This document shows positions 23,085 through 35,029 of a stretch of 39,940 nt of DNA, piece by piece. The DNA is from Atractiella rhizophila. Its lineage: Eukaryota. Numbering within the stretch: position 1 is the stretch's first letter; each line of letters starts with the position of its first letter. Position numbers and translations under genes: made by a program. Location of the stretch: assembly GCA_021432655.1 (NCBI GenBank), contig MU271217.1, forward strand, positions 63,638 to 103,577. Direction: 5' to 3'. The notes under the pieces were generated by a model. It ran no database searches, had not been told where the DNA came from, and worked only from the letters and a program-made list of their open reading frames with translations.

Positions 23085-24745
23085 ATGGCCTCAGTCAGAA
23101 CGCTGTACCAACGCCTCGACGCGTTCACACTCCCCGTTCAACCAACCACCAACCCGACTACTCATGTGCAAACTGCACCGCTCACGACTGTCGGTATTAG
23201 CGCCGACGTGGTCCCGTTTCATATCTTCCACAACCAAAATTTGATTCCAGACATCCTCACAGCCGTCGATCAGTGGTTTGCGGCCGCTGCCAGGCGAAAT
23301 CCTCTTGTCGATGCCTTGTTTCAGCGTGTTTCTGACCATTGTCTTCACGAGATTCAAGTCGAGCCCTTGGGGTCGGACTCCCAGACATCTTCTGCCTTCC
23401 AATGTTGGAAGGGGGCCCTAAATCACTACCGAGGAGGCATACGGAAAGAGGGCGATAACTCTCTGCACCGTGTTCAGTGCGATGGGATCCTGACCTGGCA
23501 AGGCGTTAGCAAGTTTATGCTCGAGTATAAGGCTGTCAGCGTGTTTGAGCATCATGCAAGCAAGATCGTTGAACTGTCGCATGGTCCTACTGATCAAGGA
23601 ACTGCACTGCGCATCAATCCCACTCTCGAAGTAAATGAACGATCCATCATCTTTAAGGTTAGTCTCTTTTCTTCACAGATTGTTTCTCAAAGCCTTGCTG
23701 CTTCTCTAGCTTGGTATAAAGATGTTTCACAACCAAACCCGTTATGGATTATTCTTCAACGGCCTCAAAGCCATCGTGTTGGAGAAGATCGAGATCCCGT
23801 CGACACGACAGTTCTTCCTTACCTCTTCCGATATCTACGACGTTGTGGGTGGCCAGTTTCTCAAGCTCCTCTTCGGGATGACTTTGGATGACGCTGCACT
23901 CCCGAAATTTGACTCTGCACTTATTCCGCCGATCCCCGCAGCGCTCCGTCCCCCAGAAAAATATCGAACAAGTACAAGTACAAAGACATCATCTGAGCTG
24001 ATCCAGTCAGATTACAATCTCCGGCCTCGCTCCCAAAACTCAGCCCCTACGCACCCGATTACGACCGTCAAATTTCCGATGTCATGCTATCCTGACCATG
24101 CGTTGCAGCTGACGAAGGTTTGGACCACTCAGTGCTGGATTGCTCCAGCTACGCAACTGGAAGTTTGGACATTCATCGCTGCTGGCGGAGGCGGAGCGGT
24201 TTACGAAGGCTATCTTGTTGACGGGCAGGGCTTCTACTTCCGAGTGGCTGTCAAGATCTTTGACGAGACGAAAAACGACTACTTTAACCGCGAATCTACG
24301 GCATATCGCCTTCTGGAGCGTCATCATGGGGACATTGTTCCAATGATATATGGCATCTACACATTTGTGGAGGGAGGGGGATTGATTGTGATGGAATTTT
24401 TGGACGGCGCATCGAAATGTCGGGATGTGAATGATGTTCCACTGAAACAAAGGTAGGTACCCAAGTTCTGCAAAACCTATATGAACACGCCACAGGTGGG
24501 AACTTGTCGCTGCGATTGACAAAATCCACCGTTGCGGTGTTCTTCACGGCGACATTGAAATGCGAAACGTCGACGTGGGCGATACCCGATGCTGCTTTTA
24601 CGATTTCTCGCATTCCTGGACCGATGAAGGGGTCGCAACCGCTTCAAGCATGGAGCAAGAAACGTTTGAGGTGCAAAAGCTACTGGGATTGAAGATTGTC
24701 GAAAGAAGTGAACACCATTACATTGCGTACCAGTCCCAACCGTAA
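23085..24745 (+). CDS. Atypical protein kinase with an N-terminal PD-(D/E)xK-like domain (3 exons)
   Basis: Introns at 23658-23709 and ~24453-24495. Kinase motifs AAGGGGAVYEG, VAVK, RESTAY, VLHGDIEMRN, YDFS; N-terminal CDG...LEYK...RYGLFFNG. Confidence 0.75.
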
Positions 24746-24985
24746 GATCCCTCGCTTATTCCCTCACGATTCAGAATCTCACTATTTATTAGGGCCAAAT
24801 CAGCGGCGCCTCACGAATTCGTCACCCCTCCGGTCATCACCACTTAAAGCTCACACACGTTCTGTCTTTCTATGGCGTGTCCACACGCCACACGCACTAG
24901 CAATTTTTCAATTTCATTCCATTGGTCACATTGTCAGCATTATCTTATCCTGTTTCTGTTTTTAAAAGTCGTGTCGTCAATTCTA

Positions 24986-25096
24986 GTTTTGTCATCGCAT
25001 CTAACTGCATTTTCTGACTTAATAGCCATCTTCGTTTTGTCAACCATCTAACGGCATTTTCTGGCTTAATAGCCGTCTTCGTTTTGTCAACCATCC
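24986..25096. repeat. ~47-bp tandem repeat, ~2.3 copies (also at ~30228-30337)
   Basis: Unit ttttgtcaaccatctaac(t/g)gcattttctg(a/g)cttaatagcc(a/g)tcttcg. Confidence 0.8.
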
Positions 25097-25381
25097 AAAA
25101 TAAATCCATAGCACAACGTCATTATGCCACATTCCCAATGGTCCTCCTGTATCAGGTTGAATTTATTTTGAGGAACTGAAGGACAAGGCAAAGGAAGACA
25201 GTGAAGACGCTTTCAAATATTTTCGAAGATCCAATTCTGATATTGTTCCACTTGATAATCACGCATGCGATCATTTATAAGCTGGCGACAATAATGTAAC
25301 AGATGGAAAGTATGGAACAGGTTCAGCACGCACAAACGACGTGTGCAAGTACAGCATCAGAGGAAAAATGGGACTGTCGGC

Positions 25382-27062
25382 CTATATCAGGCCAGACTCC
25401 TTGAACGAACGGGTAATCAACTGATCCTGTACCCATGTAAACACGGTCTTGATCTATCAACAGTCTATCAGGTCCTCTTTCAATTGCGTGAAGGAAGAGA
25501 CACACATCCTGGCTATCTGTGGCCACAGTGACTCTGAATTGGAGGTCCCGATGGTGAACGTTCAACTCTTTGAAGCGGTCAATGAGGAAGTTCACAACGT
25601 GCCCAGGTTTGGGTCCTCCTTCATTAAGCTGTAATCAGTTCTGGTGCATCCACATATGGAACTGGTTCAAGCGCACCGTCATACGATGGAAAGTAGCTCT
25701 GGAAAGGTGCACGTTTCAGTTTCGCAGGCAGGAGATCAGATTTGTTGAGGAAGAGCATGAAAGCGGTTCTTAGAAACCAACGAGAGGCGATAGTCATGCC
25801 GAAGAGATCCAATGATTCTTGCAGCCTATTCTAGTGTCACGAAATGGAGTCAGGAATACGTGTGCTGGTTAAACCAAGACTGACTTGTCGTGCTTCTTCT
25901 CGAAGAACCTGATCATATTCTATGAGTGAGACGCAGAAGATAATGCACGTCACATCCTCAAAAGCGTTGATCCATTTCTTCCGCTCGCTTCGCTGACCAC
26001 CTACATCGACCATACTATCCCGTAGCTTTGTTAGTGAGACATCTCGAACCATTCAACAGAAACGGACTGTATTATGAGCCGGCCACTCTGAAAATGCGTC
26101 TCTGTCAGCCCAGTTGTCTTCTTTCTTGACTTCAGGACGTCTTCAATGCTCGGCACATAATCTGACTGCCCAATCGTCTTAATCCGGTTCAAGAAACTGT
26201 TGGTCATCAACCATTTAGTTCTGAAGCGCATATGACACTGTGAACAGCTTACTGTGGGGCATTGTCCATCATATGCCAGTCATATCCGCCGCGCTCCAGT
26301 AGGAGAGGTATGATTGGGTCGTGCCAAACGCTTTCGATTGCACGCACAATGTCTGGGGTTAGATAGGAACGCTCCTCCTGATGTTCAACAGATTCGTCGA
26401 AATGTGGAAGCGGGGGCTCTTCTCTTGCTTCTGCTGAAGAGTCCGAAGCGTCGCTCTCGCGATGGAGGCGACGGCGAGGAAATCGTACGGGCGGATCTAG
26501 GGAGATAAGTCGATACGAGAGAATTTGTGAGGCGTATTCCTGATGAGCTTAATGAGCACAGTTGTGCAGCATTGGAAGGCATATCGACCTTGTTGGCAGG
26601 ATCCTGAAGCTCGAGCTGCAGATCTGCCAGAGCCATGACAATTGCCTACATAGAATCATTGAGCTGATATTCCCATTGGAGAGACCAAATACCTGGGCAG
26701 ACTCCAGAAGGTTGGAGTATATCGACAGTCGAGCTTGCATTAACTCTTGTTTGTTGTATCCACCTTGGTGAATGATCTTCATCTGCTTGACGATGGTCGA
26801 TTTTCCTGACTCTCCCGCTCCTGCCAGTCCATTAGATCACAAGCCTGCGAGAGGAGACCCGAACGAACCCAAAAGTAGTATCTTCACCTCTCGCTGGCGC
26901 TTGGCGTCTTGCGCCAATCTCTTCTCGATCGTGGCATGTCGTGATTTGAGAGCGGCATCTGTCGTATAACTTTAGATGTATCGAATAAAGCGAGAGTAGC
27001 GTACCACCCATTGGGTGCGCGGGAATTGAGCTGGAACCTCCACCGGAGCAACACCAGAACAT
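25382..27062 (-). CDS. Heterotrimeric G-protein alpha subunit, copy/allele 1 (divergent, most like fungal group III)
   Basis: Spliced [14 protein letters not shown] (G1), KSRKKTTG (G2), [12 protein letters not shown] (G3), FLNKSD (G4), TVATD (G5), MKIIHQGGY, and C-terminus FKESGLI*. Confidence 0.93.
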
Positions 27063-28840
27063 GGTGACAAAATATGCCTGCAATAGTATCTGATCAAACT
27101 CGATGAACAGAAGAACGAATCAAACAAGATGGATCGTGCGCAGACTGCGTAAGAGGTGTGGGAAGAGAAGAAGAAAGTTCTACGTTCTGAAGCAGCAACG
27201 TCTCCGAGTGACTTTGGGTGCTCCATCACCCACCACATGGAGGCCTTCATCTCGTCGGAAGAAGGCCGCTGCTTACTGATCATCGACGGTGTGTCATTTT
27301 CAGACGAGGATTTGTCATGAATAAACAATAAACAATACTGGGGTCCTGCTTCTGCGAATAACTCTTGGGGTTTTGGGCACCAAGAAACAAGTTTGATTAT
27401 GGGATAGCTAGAGATGGAGAGCCTTCTTTCCCATCACAATTGAACCGCGAATAGATGGAGATGCATTTGACATGCTCATACAGCCCTGAAGGAATTGATG
27501 GCCAATACGAAGTGTCACAATGACGAGTGAAGAGCAATTGATATAACGGCAATAGACAGTTCAACAACTTCAACAACGACTGACTGTATGGAGGAAGACA
27601 TTCTCTTCTGATTGGAAAGTGCACACCGCATCCGTTGCCGGAGACGAGTGCAAAATCCAAAACTTTGCGCACACGACTTCCTTTCCTGTAGGAAAGACCA
27701 CCTTCCCCAAAAGAAGAAAGACGAACGTTTTCAGCTGCCTGCTAGCTTTCTGCTAATCCAGATACCCTCCTCTCTTCACCAAACAACTATCTTTAGGGTC
27801 CCAACGTCAGACCACAAATGAGAGCATCCTTCATCGCAGGTGTTAAGTTATAAGCACTCTGGAACGAGGAAACCTACGTGGAGCGAGCCGAGAGACGGAG
27901 TCTAATATATCTCCTTTGCTCCAAGCCGCCAATAAACAACAATAAATCGATAAATTGCTCCACTGACCTCCGAAACGCGTTGACCTTGACAGCAATTAGA
28001 GGCGCGTTGCGAACAAAGGCATCGTAAACCGGCGGGAGATATCATGAAAGAGCATCGCTGAATCTCAACATGCATCAACCGGAAACTGTCTATCACGTAA
28101 GAGTGTGGAAGTAATGCTGTTGCTACAGCACGGAAGGGAAATTGTGATGATTTAAACAGGGTCGTCTGTGTTCAGACAATTAGTATGTGTGAGTTTGTTG
28201 GAAAGTGGTCTATGAAAGAAAAGTGGCATTCTGCAAGCCTGGGGATGAAATGGACGTCACACTTTTTCTCAGCCATAGAGTCCATCTAGCCCTGAATCAT
28301 ATATATACTGCATTAACTGACTGCATCAGTTGGACTCAAGGAAGCTGCTGAACTCTCGGCGACATTCCACAGGAAGGATAATGTTCCGTTCTCCAATGGG
28401 AAATGTACCTTTGGGTAACACGGTGTCCCAAAAGCGTTTTATGGCTTCAAGACAGTATACCATGTCCTTCCCGGTGTATCCTGTTACGTTAGATATGTTT
28501 GACTTCCATAACATGAAGTGCAAATCACGAGCTTCCGAGTTGGAGAGCTGGAAAGTGCTGTCCAGCGGAATGTCCCAAGGACAGCGACCTGACGACGGTG
28601 TCAAGTGCAGTAGGCATCACTCTGAACAAGCCAGACCAGGATCTCCTCCGTCTTCATCGCCCGAACATGAATCTCGTTTATCTCGTACAATCCATCGGTC
28701 ATTTATTCAACTGCGGGGACCTGGCCCTCGAGCTACCTATGGGGAGAGGGGATGGGCTAGCCGAAGCCCGTGATACGCATTAGATACATAAATGCCCCCT
28801 CCCCAGTTGCTCACAGCCTTCATCCATAAGAAACAGAAAC

Positions 28841-29453
28841 ATGGGGTATTCTGGATATTGCGCCTGCAAGGCGGTCACTTACACAATCGATGCGGATGCG
28901 CCGGTATTTGTTGGGCACGACCAGTAGGTCTTTGAAGTGAAATCAACCATCTCTGACACTTTTAACTGACAGTTGCGACCGTTGTCAGAGGACTACCGGC
29001 TCATCGTTTTCAGCCGTGATCGTTGTGCCTCGAGCGGCGTACAAGGTCTCTGGCCCAGTAAAAGATTGGGTGGCCGTTGCAGATTCGGGCAAAGACGTAC
29101 ACTATACTTTCTGTGAGACGTCTCTAGCCGTTGAAAAGATGGGTTATCAATCTCTTTCGCCTCTAGGTGCCACTTGTGGTTCTCAGCTGGCTCATGTGAG
29201 TTCACCTTCCTGTTCAATGGGATCGATTCACTTCTTACAGTGTCGCAATTACAGGCGCCAGATTCCTTACCGAATGTCATAGCTGTGAAACTCGGGACTC
29301 TTCATCCCGACCAGAAGAAAGTATTGAAGCCTGACACTGATATTTGGAGGCATGGTTCGTAGCTTGAGATGCCAAGCTAACCGAAGTTTGCGCTGATTGA
29401 AGTGTGTAGGCAAATTGGATTACGTCGAGGCGCTTGCAAAGGAAGTGCAATGA
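28841..29453 (+). CDS. GFA/CENP-V (Mss4-like) Zn-binding domain protein, copy/allele 1
   Basis: Spliced GYCACKAV, GHDHCDRCQRTTGS, ADSGK, FCATCGSQL, AVKLGTL; 4 introns. Confidence 0.88.
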
Positions 29454-30623
29454 TGGCATACTCCTAGTGATAGTTAAGATATTTGTAGCTTAAGAAATCC
29501 GTTGAAATTTGAGATATTAAGAGTTCCCAAGCTTGGTGACAACCACAGACGATTCTTTCAAGCATGGCTGCAAATCCGATTCCTTCAGCACTCCTTTCAA
29601 ACCAGCGTGCATGCTACAGGTCCTTCGGCTCTTCTTTGATTATTTCTTATCCATATCCAGCTATACATGACTTTGAGAACCCATGCTCCTGTTGCGGGTT
29701 TAAATTGAACTTGGGTTCATCCCACTCTCATTTCAAGTCGTATCGATTGCCATTCCAAGAGCCCAATAAATCATTTCCATCAGACATCCATACTTCTCTT
29801 CTCACCAGTGGTGACACTCATATCTTCGCTCATCTTATCGTCATGAGCATCATCCCTTGCATCCCCCAATCCAGTCACCTGTCCTTCTCTCAATGCTCTC
29901 TCTCTNNNNNNNNNNNNNNNNNNNNNNNNNGAAGATTGTCGAAAGAAGTGAACACCATTACATTGCGTACCAGTCCCAACCGTAAGATCCCTTGCTTATT
30001 CCCTCACGATTCAGAATCTCACTATTTATTAGGGCCAAATCAGCGGCGCCTCACGAATTCGTCACCCCTTCGGGTCATCACCACTTAAAGCTCACACACG
30101 TTCTGTCTTTCTATGGCGTGTCCACACGCCACACGCACTAGCAATTTTCAATTTCATTCCATTGGTCACATTGTCAGCATTATCTTATCCTGTTTCTGTT
30201 TTTTAAAAGTCGTGTCGTCAATTCTAGTTTTGTCATCGCATCTAACTGCATTTTCTGGCTTAATAGCCATCTTCGTTTTGTCAACCATCTAACTGCATTT
30301 TCTGGCTTAATAGCCGTCTTCGTTTTGTCAACCATCCAAAAATAAATCCATAGCACAACGTCATTATGCCACATTCCCAATGGTCCTCCTGTATCAGGTT
30401 GAATTTATTTTGAGGAACTGAAGGACAAGGCAAAGGAAGACAGTGAAGACGCTTTCAAATATTTTCGAAGATCCAATTCTGATATTGTTCCACTTGATAA
30501 TCACGCATGCGATCATTTATAAGCTGGCGACAATAATGTAACAGATGGAAAGTATGGAACAGGTTCAGCACGCACAAACGACGTGTGCAAGTACAGCATC
30601 AGAGGAAAAATGGGACTGTCGGC

Positions 30624-32301
30624 CTATATCAGGCCAGACTCCTTGAACGAACGGGTAATCAACTGATCCTGTACCCATGTAAACACGGTCTTGGTCTATC
30701 AACAGTCTATCAGGTCCTCTTTCAATTGCGTGAAGGAAGAGACACACATCCTGGCTATCTGTGGCCACAGTGACTCTGAATTGGAGGTCCCGATGGTGAA
30801 CGTTCAACTCTTTGAAGCGGTCAATGAGGAAGTTCACAACGTGCCCAGGTTTGGGTCCTCCTTCATTAAGCTGTAATCAGTTCTGGTGCATCCACATATG
30901 GCACTGGTTCAAGCGCACCGTCATACGATGGAAAGTAGCTCTGGAAAGGTGCACGTTTCAGTTTCGCAGGCAGGAGATCAGATTTGTTGAGGAAGAGCAT
31001 AAAAGCGGTTCTTAGAAACCAACGAGAGGCGATCGTCATGCCGAAGAGATCCAATGATTCTTGCAGCCTGTTCTAGTGTCACGAAATGGAGTTAGGAATA
31101 CGTGTGCCTGTTAAACTAAGACTGACTTGTCGTGCTTCTTCTCGAAGAACCTGATCATATTCTATGAGTGAGACGCAGAAGATAATGCAAGTCACGTCCT
31201 CAAAAGCGTTGATCCATTTCTTCCGCTCGCTTCGCTGACCACCTACATCGACCATACTATCCCGTACCTTGTTAGTGACACATCTCGAACTATTCCACAG
31301 AAACGGACTGTATTATGAGCCGGCCACTCTGAAAATGCGTCTCTGTCAGTCCCGTTGTCTTCTTTCTTGACTTCAGGACGTCTTCAATGCTCGGCACATA
31401 ATCTGACTGCCCAATCGTCTTAATCCGGTTCAAGAAACTGTTGGGCATCGACCATTTAGTTCTGAAGCGCATATGACACTGAACAGCTTACTGTGGGGCA
31501 TTGTCCATCATATGCCAGTCATATCCGCCGCGCTCCAGTAGGAGAGGTATGATTGGGTCGTGCCAAACGCTTTCGATTGCACGCACAATGTCTGGGGTTA
31601 GATAGGAACGCTCCTCCTGATGTTCAACAGATTCGTCAAAATGTGGAAGCGGGGGCTCTTCTCTTGCTTCTGCTGAAGAGTCCGAAGCGTCGCTCTCGCG
31701 ATGGAGGCGACGGCGAGGAAATCGTACGGGCGGATCTAGGGAGATAAGTCGATACGAGAGAATTTGTGAGGCGTATTCCTGATGAGCTTAATGAGCACAG
31801 TTGTGCAGCATTGAAAGGCATATCGACCTTGTTGGCGGGGTCCTGAAGCTCGAGCTGTAGATCTGCTAGAGCCATGACAATTGCCTACGCAGAATCATTG
31901 AACTGATATTCCCATTAGAGAGACTAAATACCTGGGCAGACTCCAAAAGGTTGGAGTATATCGACAGTCGAGCTTGCATCAATTCCTGCTTGTTGTATCC
32001 ACCTTGGTGAATGATCTTCATTTGTTTGACGATTGTCGATTTTCCTGACTCTCCCGCTCCTTCCGGTCCATTAGATCACATACACGGGAGAGGAGACCCG
32101 AACGAACCCAAAAGTAGTATCTTCACCTCTCGCTGGCGCTTGGCGTCTTGCGCCAATCTCTTCTCGATCGTGGCATGTCGTGATTTGAGAGCGGCATCTG
32201 TCGTATAACTTTAGATGTATCGAATAAAGCGAGAGTAGCGTACCACCCATTGGGTGCGCGGGAATTGAGCTTGAACCTCCACCGGAGCAACACCAGAACA
32301 T
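30624..32301 (-). CDS. Heterotrimeric G-protein alpha subunit, copy/allele 2
   Basis: Same exon structure and G1-G5 motifs as 25382-27062; the exonic differences I checked are synonymous. Confidence 0.9.
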
Positions 32302-33569
32302 GGTGACAAAATATGCCTGCAATAGTATGTGATCAAACTCGATGAACAGAAGAACGGATCAAACAAGATAGATCGTGCGCAGACTTCGTAAGAGGTGTGG
32401 GAAGAGAAGAAGAAAGTTCTACGTTCTGAAGCAGCAACGTCTCCGAGTGACTTTGGGTGCTCCATCACCCACCACATGGAGGCCTTCATCTCGTCGGAAG
32501 AAGGCCGCTGCTTACTGATCATCGACGGTGTGTCATTTTCAGACGAGGATTTGTCATGAATAAACAATAAACAATACTGGGGTCCTGCTTCTGCGAATAA
32601 CTCTTGGGGTTTTGGGCACCAAGAAACAAGTTTGATTATGGGATAGCTAGAGATGGAGAGCCTTCTTTCCCATCACAATTGAATGGCAAATAGAGGAAGA
32701 TGCGTTTGAAATGCTTATACATTGCTGAAGGAATTGATGGCCAGTACGAAGTGTCACAATGGCGATGACGAGTGAAGAGCAATCGATATAACGGCAATAG
32801 ACAGTTCAACAACTTCAACAACGACTGACTGTATGGAGGAAGACATTCTCTTCTGATTGGAAAGTGCACACCGCATCCGTTGCCGGAGACGAGTGCAAAA
32901 TCCAAAACTTTGCGCACACGACTTCCTTTCCTGTAGGAAAGACCACCTTCCCCAAAAGAAGAAAGACGAACGTTTTCAGCTGCCTGCTAGCTTTCTGCTA
33001 ATCCAGATACCCTCCTCTCTTCACCAAACAACTATCTTTAGGGTCCCAACGTCAGACCACAAATGAGAGCATCCTTCATCGCAGGTGTTAAGTTATAAGC
33101 ACTCTGGAACGAGGAAACCTACGTGGAGCGAGCCGAGAGACGGAGTCTAATATATCTCCTTTGCTCCAAGCCGCCAATAAACAACAATAAATCGATAAAT
33201 TGCTCCACTGACCTCCGAAACGCGTTGACCTTGACAGCAATTAGAGGCGCGTTGCGAACAAAGGCATCGTAAACCGGCGGGAGATATCATGAAAGAGCAT
33301 CGCTGAATCTCAACATGCATCAACCGGAAACTGTCCATCACGTAAGAGTGTGGAAGTAATGCTGTTGCTACACACGGAAGGGAAATTGTGATGATTTAAA
33401 CAGGGTCGTCTGTGTTCAGACAATTAGTATGTGTGAGTTTGTTGGAAAGTGGTCTATGAAAGAAAAGTGGCATTCTGCAAGCCTGGGGATGAAATGGACG
33501 TCACACTTTTTCTCAGCCATAGAGTCCATCTAGCCCTGAATCATATATATACTGCATTAACTGACTGCA

Positions 33570-33944
33570 TCAGTTGGACTCAAGGAAGCTGCTGAACTCT
33601 CGGCGACATTCCACAGGAAGGATAATGTTCCGTTCTCCAATGGGAAATGTACCTTTGGGTAACACGGTGTCCCAAAAGCGTTTTATGGCTTCAAGACAGT
33701 ATACCATGTCCTTCTCGGTGTATCCTGTTACGTTAGATATGTTTGACTTCCATAACATGAAGTGCAAATCACGAGCTTCCGAGTTGGAGAGCTGGAAAGT
33801 GCTGTCCAGCGGAATGTCCCAAGGACAGTGACCTGACGATGGTGTCAAGTGGTAGGCACCACTCGGAACAAGCCCGACCAGAATCTCCTCCGTCTTCATC
33901 GCCCGAGCATGAATCTCGTTTATCTCGTACGGTCCATCGGTCAT
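33570..33944 (-). CDS. Possible small hypothetical protein (counterpart at 28326-28702 is frameshifted)
   Basis: 124-codon ATG ORF; the C-terminal ~90 codons are open in both copies. No motif recognised. Confidence 0.25.
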   Translation of the reverse strand: MTDGPYEINEIHARAMKTEEILVGLVPSGAYHLTPSSGHCPWDIPLDSTFQLSNSEARDLHFMLWKSNISNVTGYTEKDMVYCLEAIKRFWDTVLPKGTFPIGERNIILPVECRREFSSFLESN

Positions 33945-34078
33945 TCAACTGCGGGACCTGACCCTTTGAGCTACCCATGGGGAGACGGAAAGGGCTAGCC
34001 GAAGGCCGTTGTAAACGTTAGACACATATAAGTTTCCCCTGAGTTGCTGACGCCCACTATCAATTAGGAAACAGAAGC

Positions 34079-34701
34079 ATGGGGTTCTCTGGTTATTGCG
34101 CCTGTAAGGCGGTCACTTACACGCTAGATGTGGACACGCCTCTATTTGTTGGGCACGACCAGTAGGTTTTATGATTGTGCAATCCAGCATCTCTGAATAT
34201 TCTGCTTGCAGTTGCGACCGCTGTCAAAGGACAACCGGCTCGTCGTTTTCATCAGTGATCGTTGTGCCTCGAGCAGCCTACAAGGTCTCTGGCCCTGTCA
34301 AAGATTGGGTGGCTGTCGCGGATTCAGGCAAGGATGTGCACTGTACTTTCTGTGAGTCCTCTCCAGTCAACGAGGTGACGTACAGATATCTTTTGCCTCT
34401 AGGTGGCAATTGTGGTTCTCAACTGGCTCATGTGAGTCGCCTTGCTGTATGCAACAAACGTAAAATCGATTCACCTACTCCCTGCGGTGCCGCAAATGAT
34501 AGGCGCCAGATTCTTTACCAGATATCATCGCCGTGAAACTCGGTACGCTTCATCCAGAACAGAAGAAAGCGTTAAAGCCCGACACTGATATTTGGAGGCA
34601 TGGTTCGTAACCTGGGATGCCGAGCTAACCGAAGTTTGCGCTGATTCAAGTGCGTAGGGAAATTGGATTATGTCGAAGCGCTTGCAAAGGAAGTGCAATG
34701 A
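34079..34701 (+). CDS. GFA/CENP-V domain protein, copy/allele 2
   Basis: MGFSGYCACKAV...GHDHCDRC...FCGNCGSQL, with the same intron positions as copy 1. Confidence 0.88.
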
Positions 34702-35029
34702 TGGTATACTGCTAGTGATCGTCATGATATTTGTAGCTTAAGAAATCTGTTGGAAATTGCGATATTAGGAGTTGACTAAGCTTGATAACAACCACAGACC
34801 ATTCTTTTAAGCATGGCGGCATAGGATTACCTCAGTACTTCTTTCAAAACCAGCGTGCACGCTAGAGCTCCTTCAACGATGCTTTGACTATTTCTCATCG
34901 ATATCCAGCCATACACGACTTTAAGAAACCATGCTCGTGTTGCGAGTTTACAAGTTGGAATTGGGTTCATCCCACGTTCATTTCAAGTCGTATCGATTGC
35001 CATCCCAAGAGCTCAATAAGTCATTTCCA

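Noticed and set aside
24986..25096. CRISPR-like repeat
   Set aside because: Contiguous tandem units without unique spacers, in a eukaryotic context with no cas genes.
28145..28295. C/D snoRNA from GTGATGA...CTGA
   Set aside because: No terminal stem or recognisable guide sequence; such motifs occur by chance.
29780..29985. Separate transporter and kinase pseudogene fragments flanking the gap
   Set aside because: Better explained as contig ends of the duplicated/allelic block.
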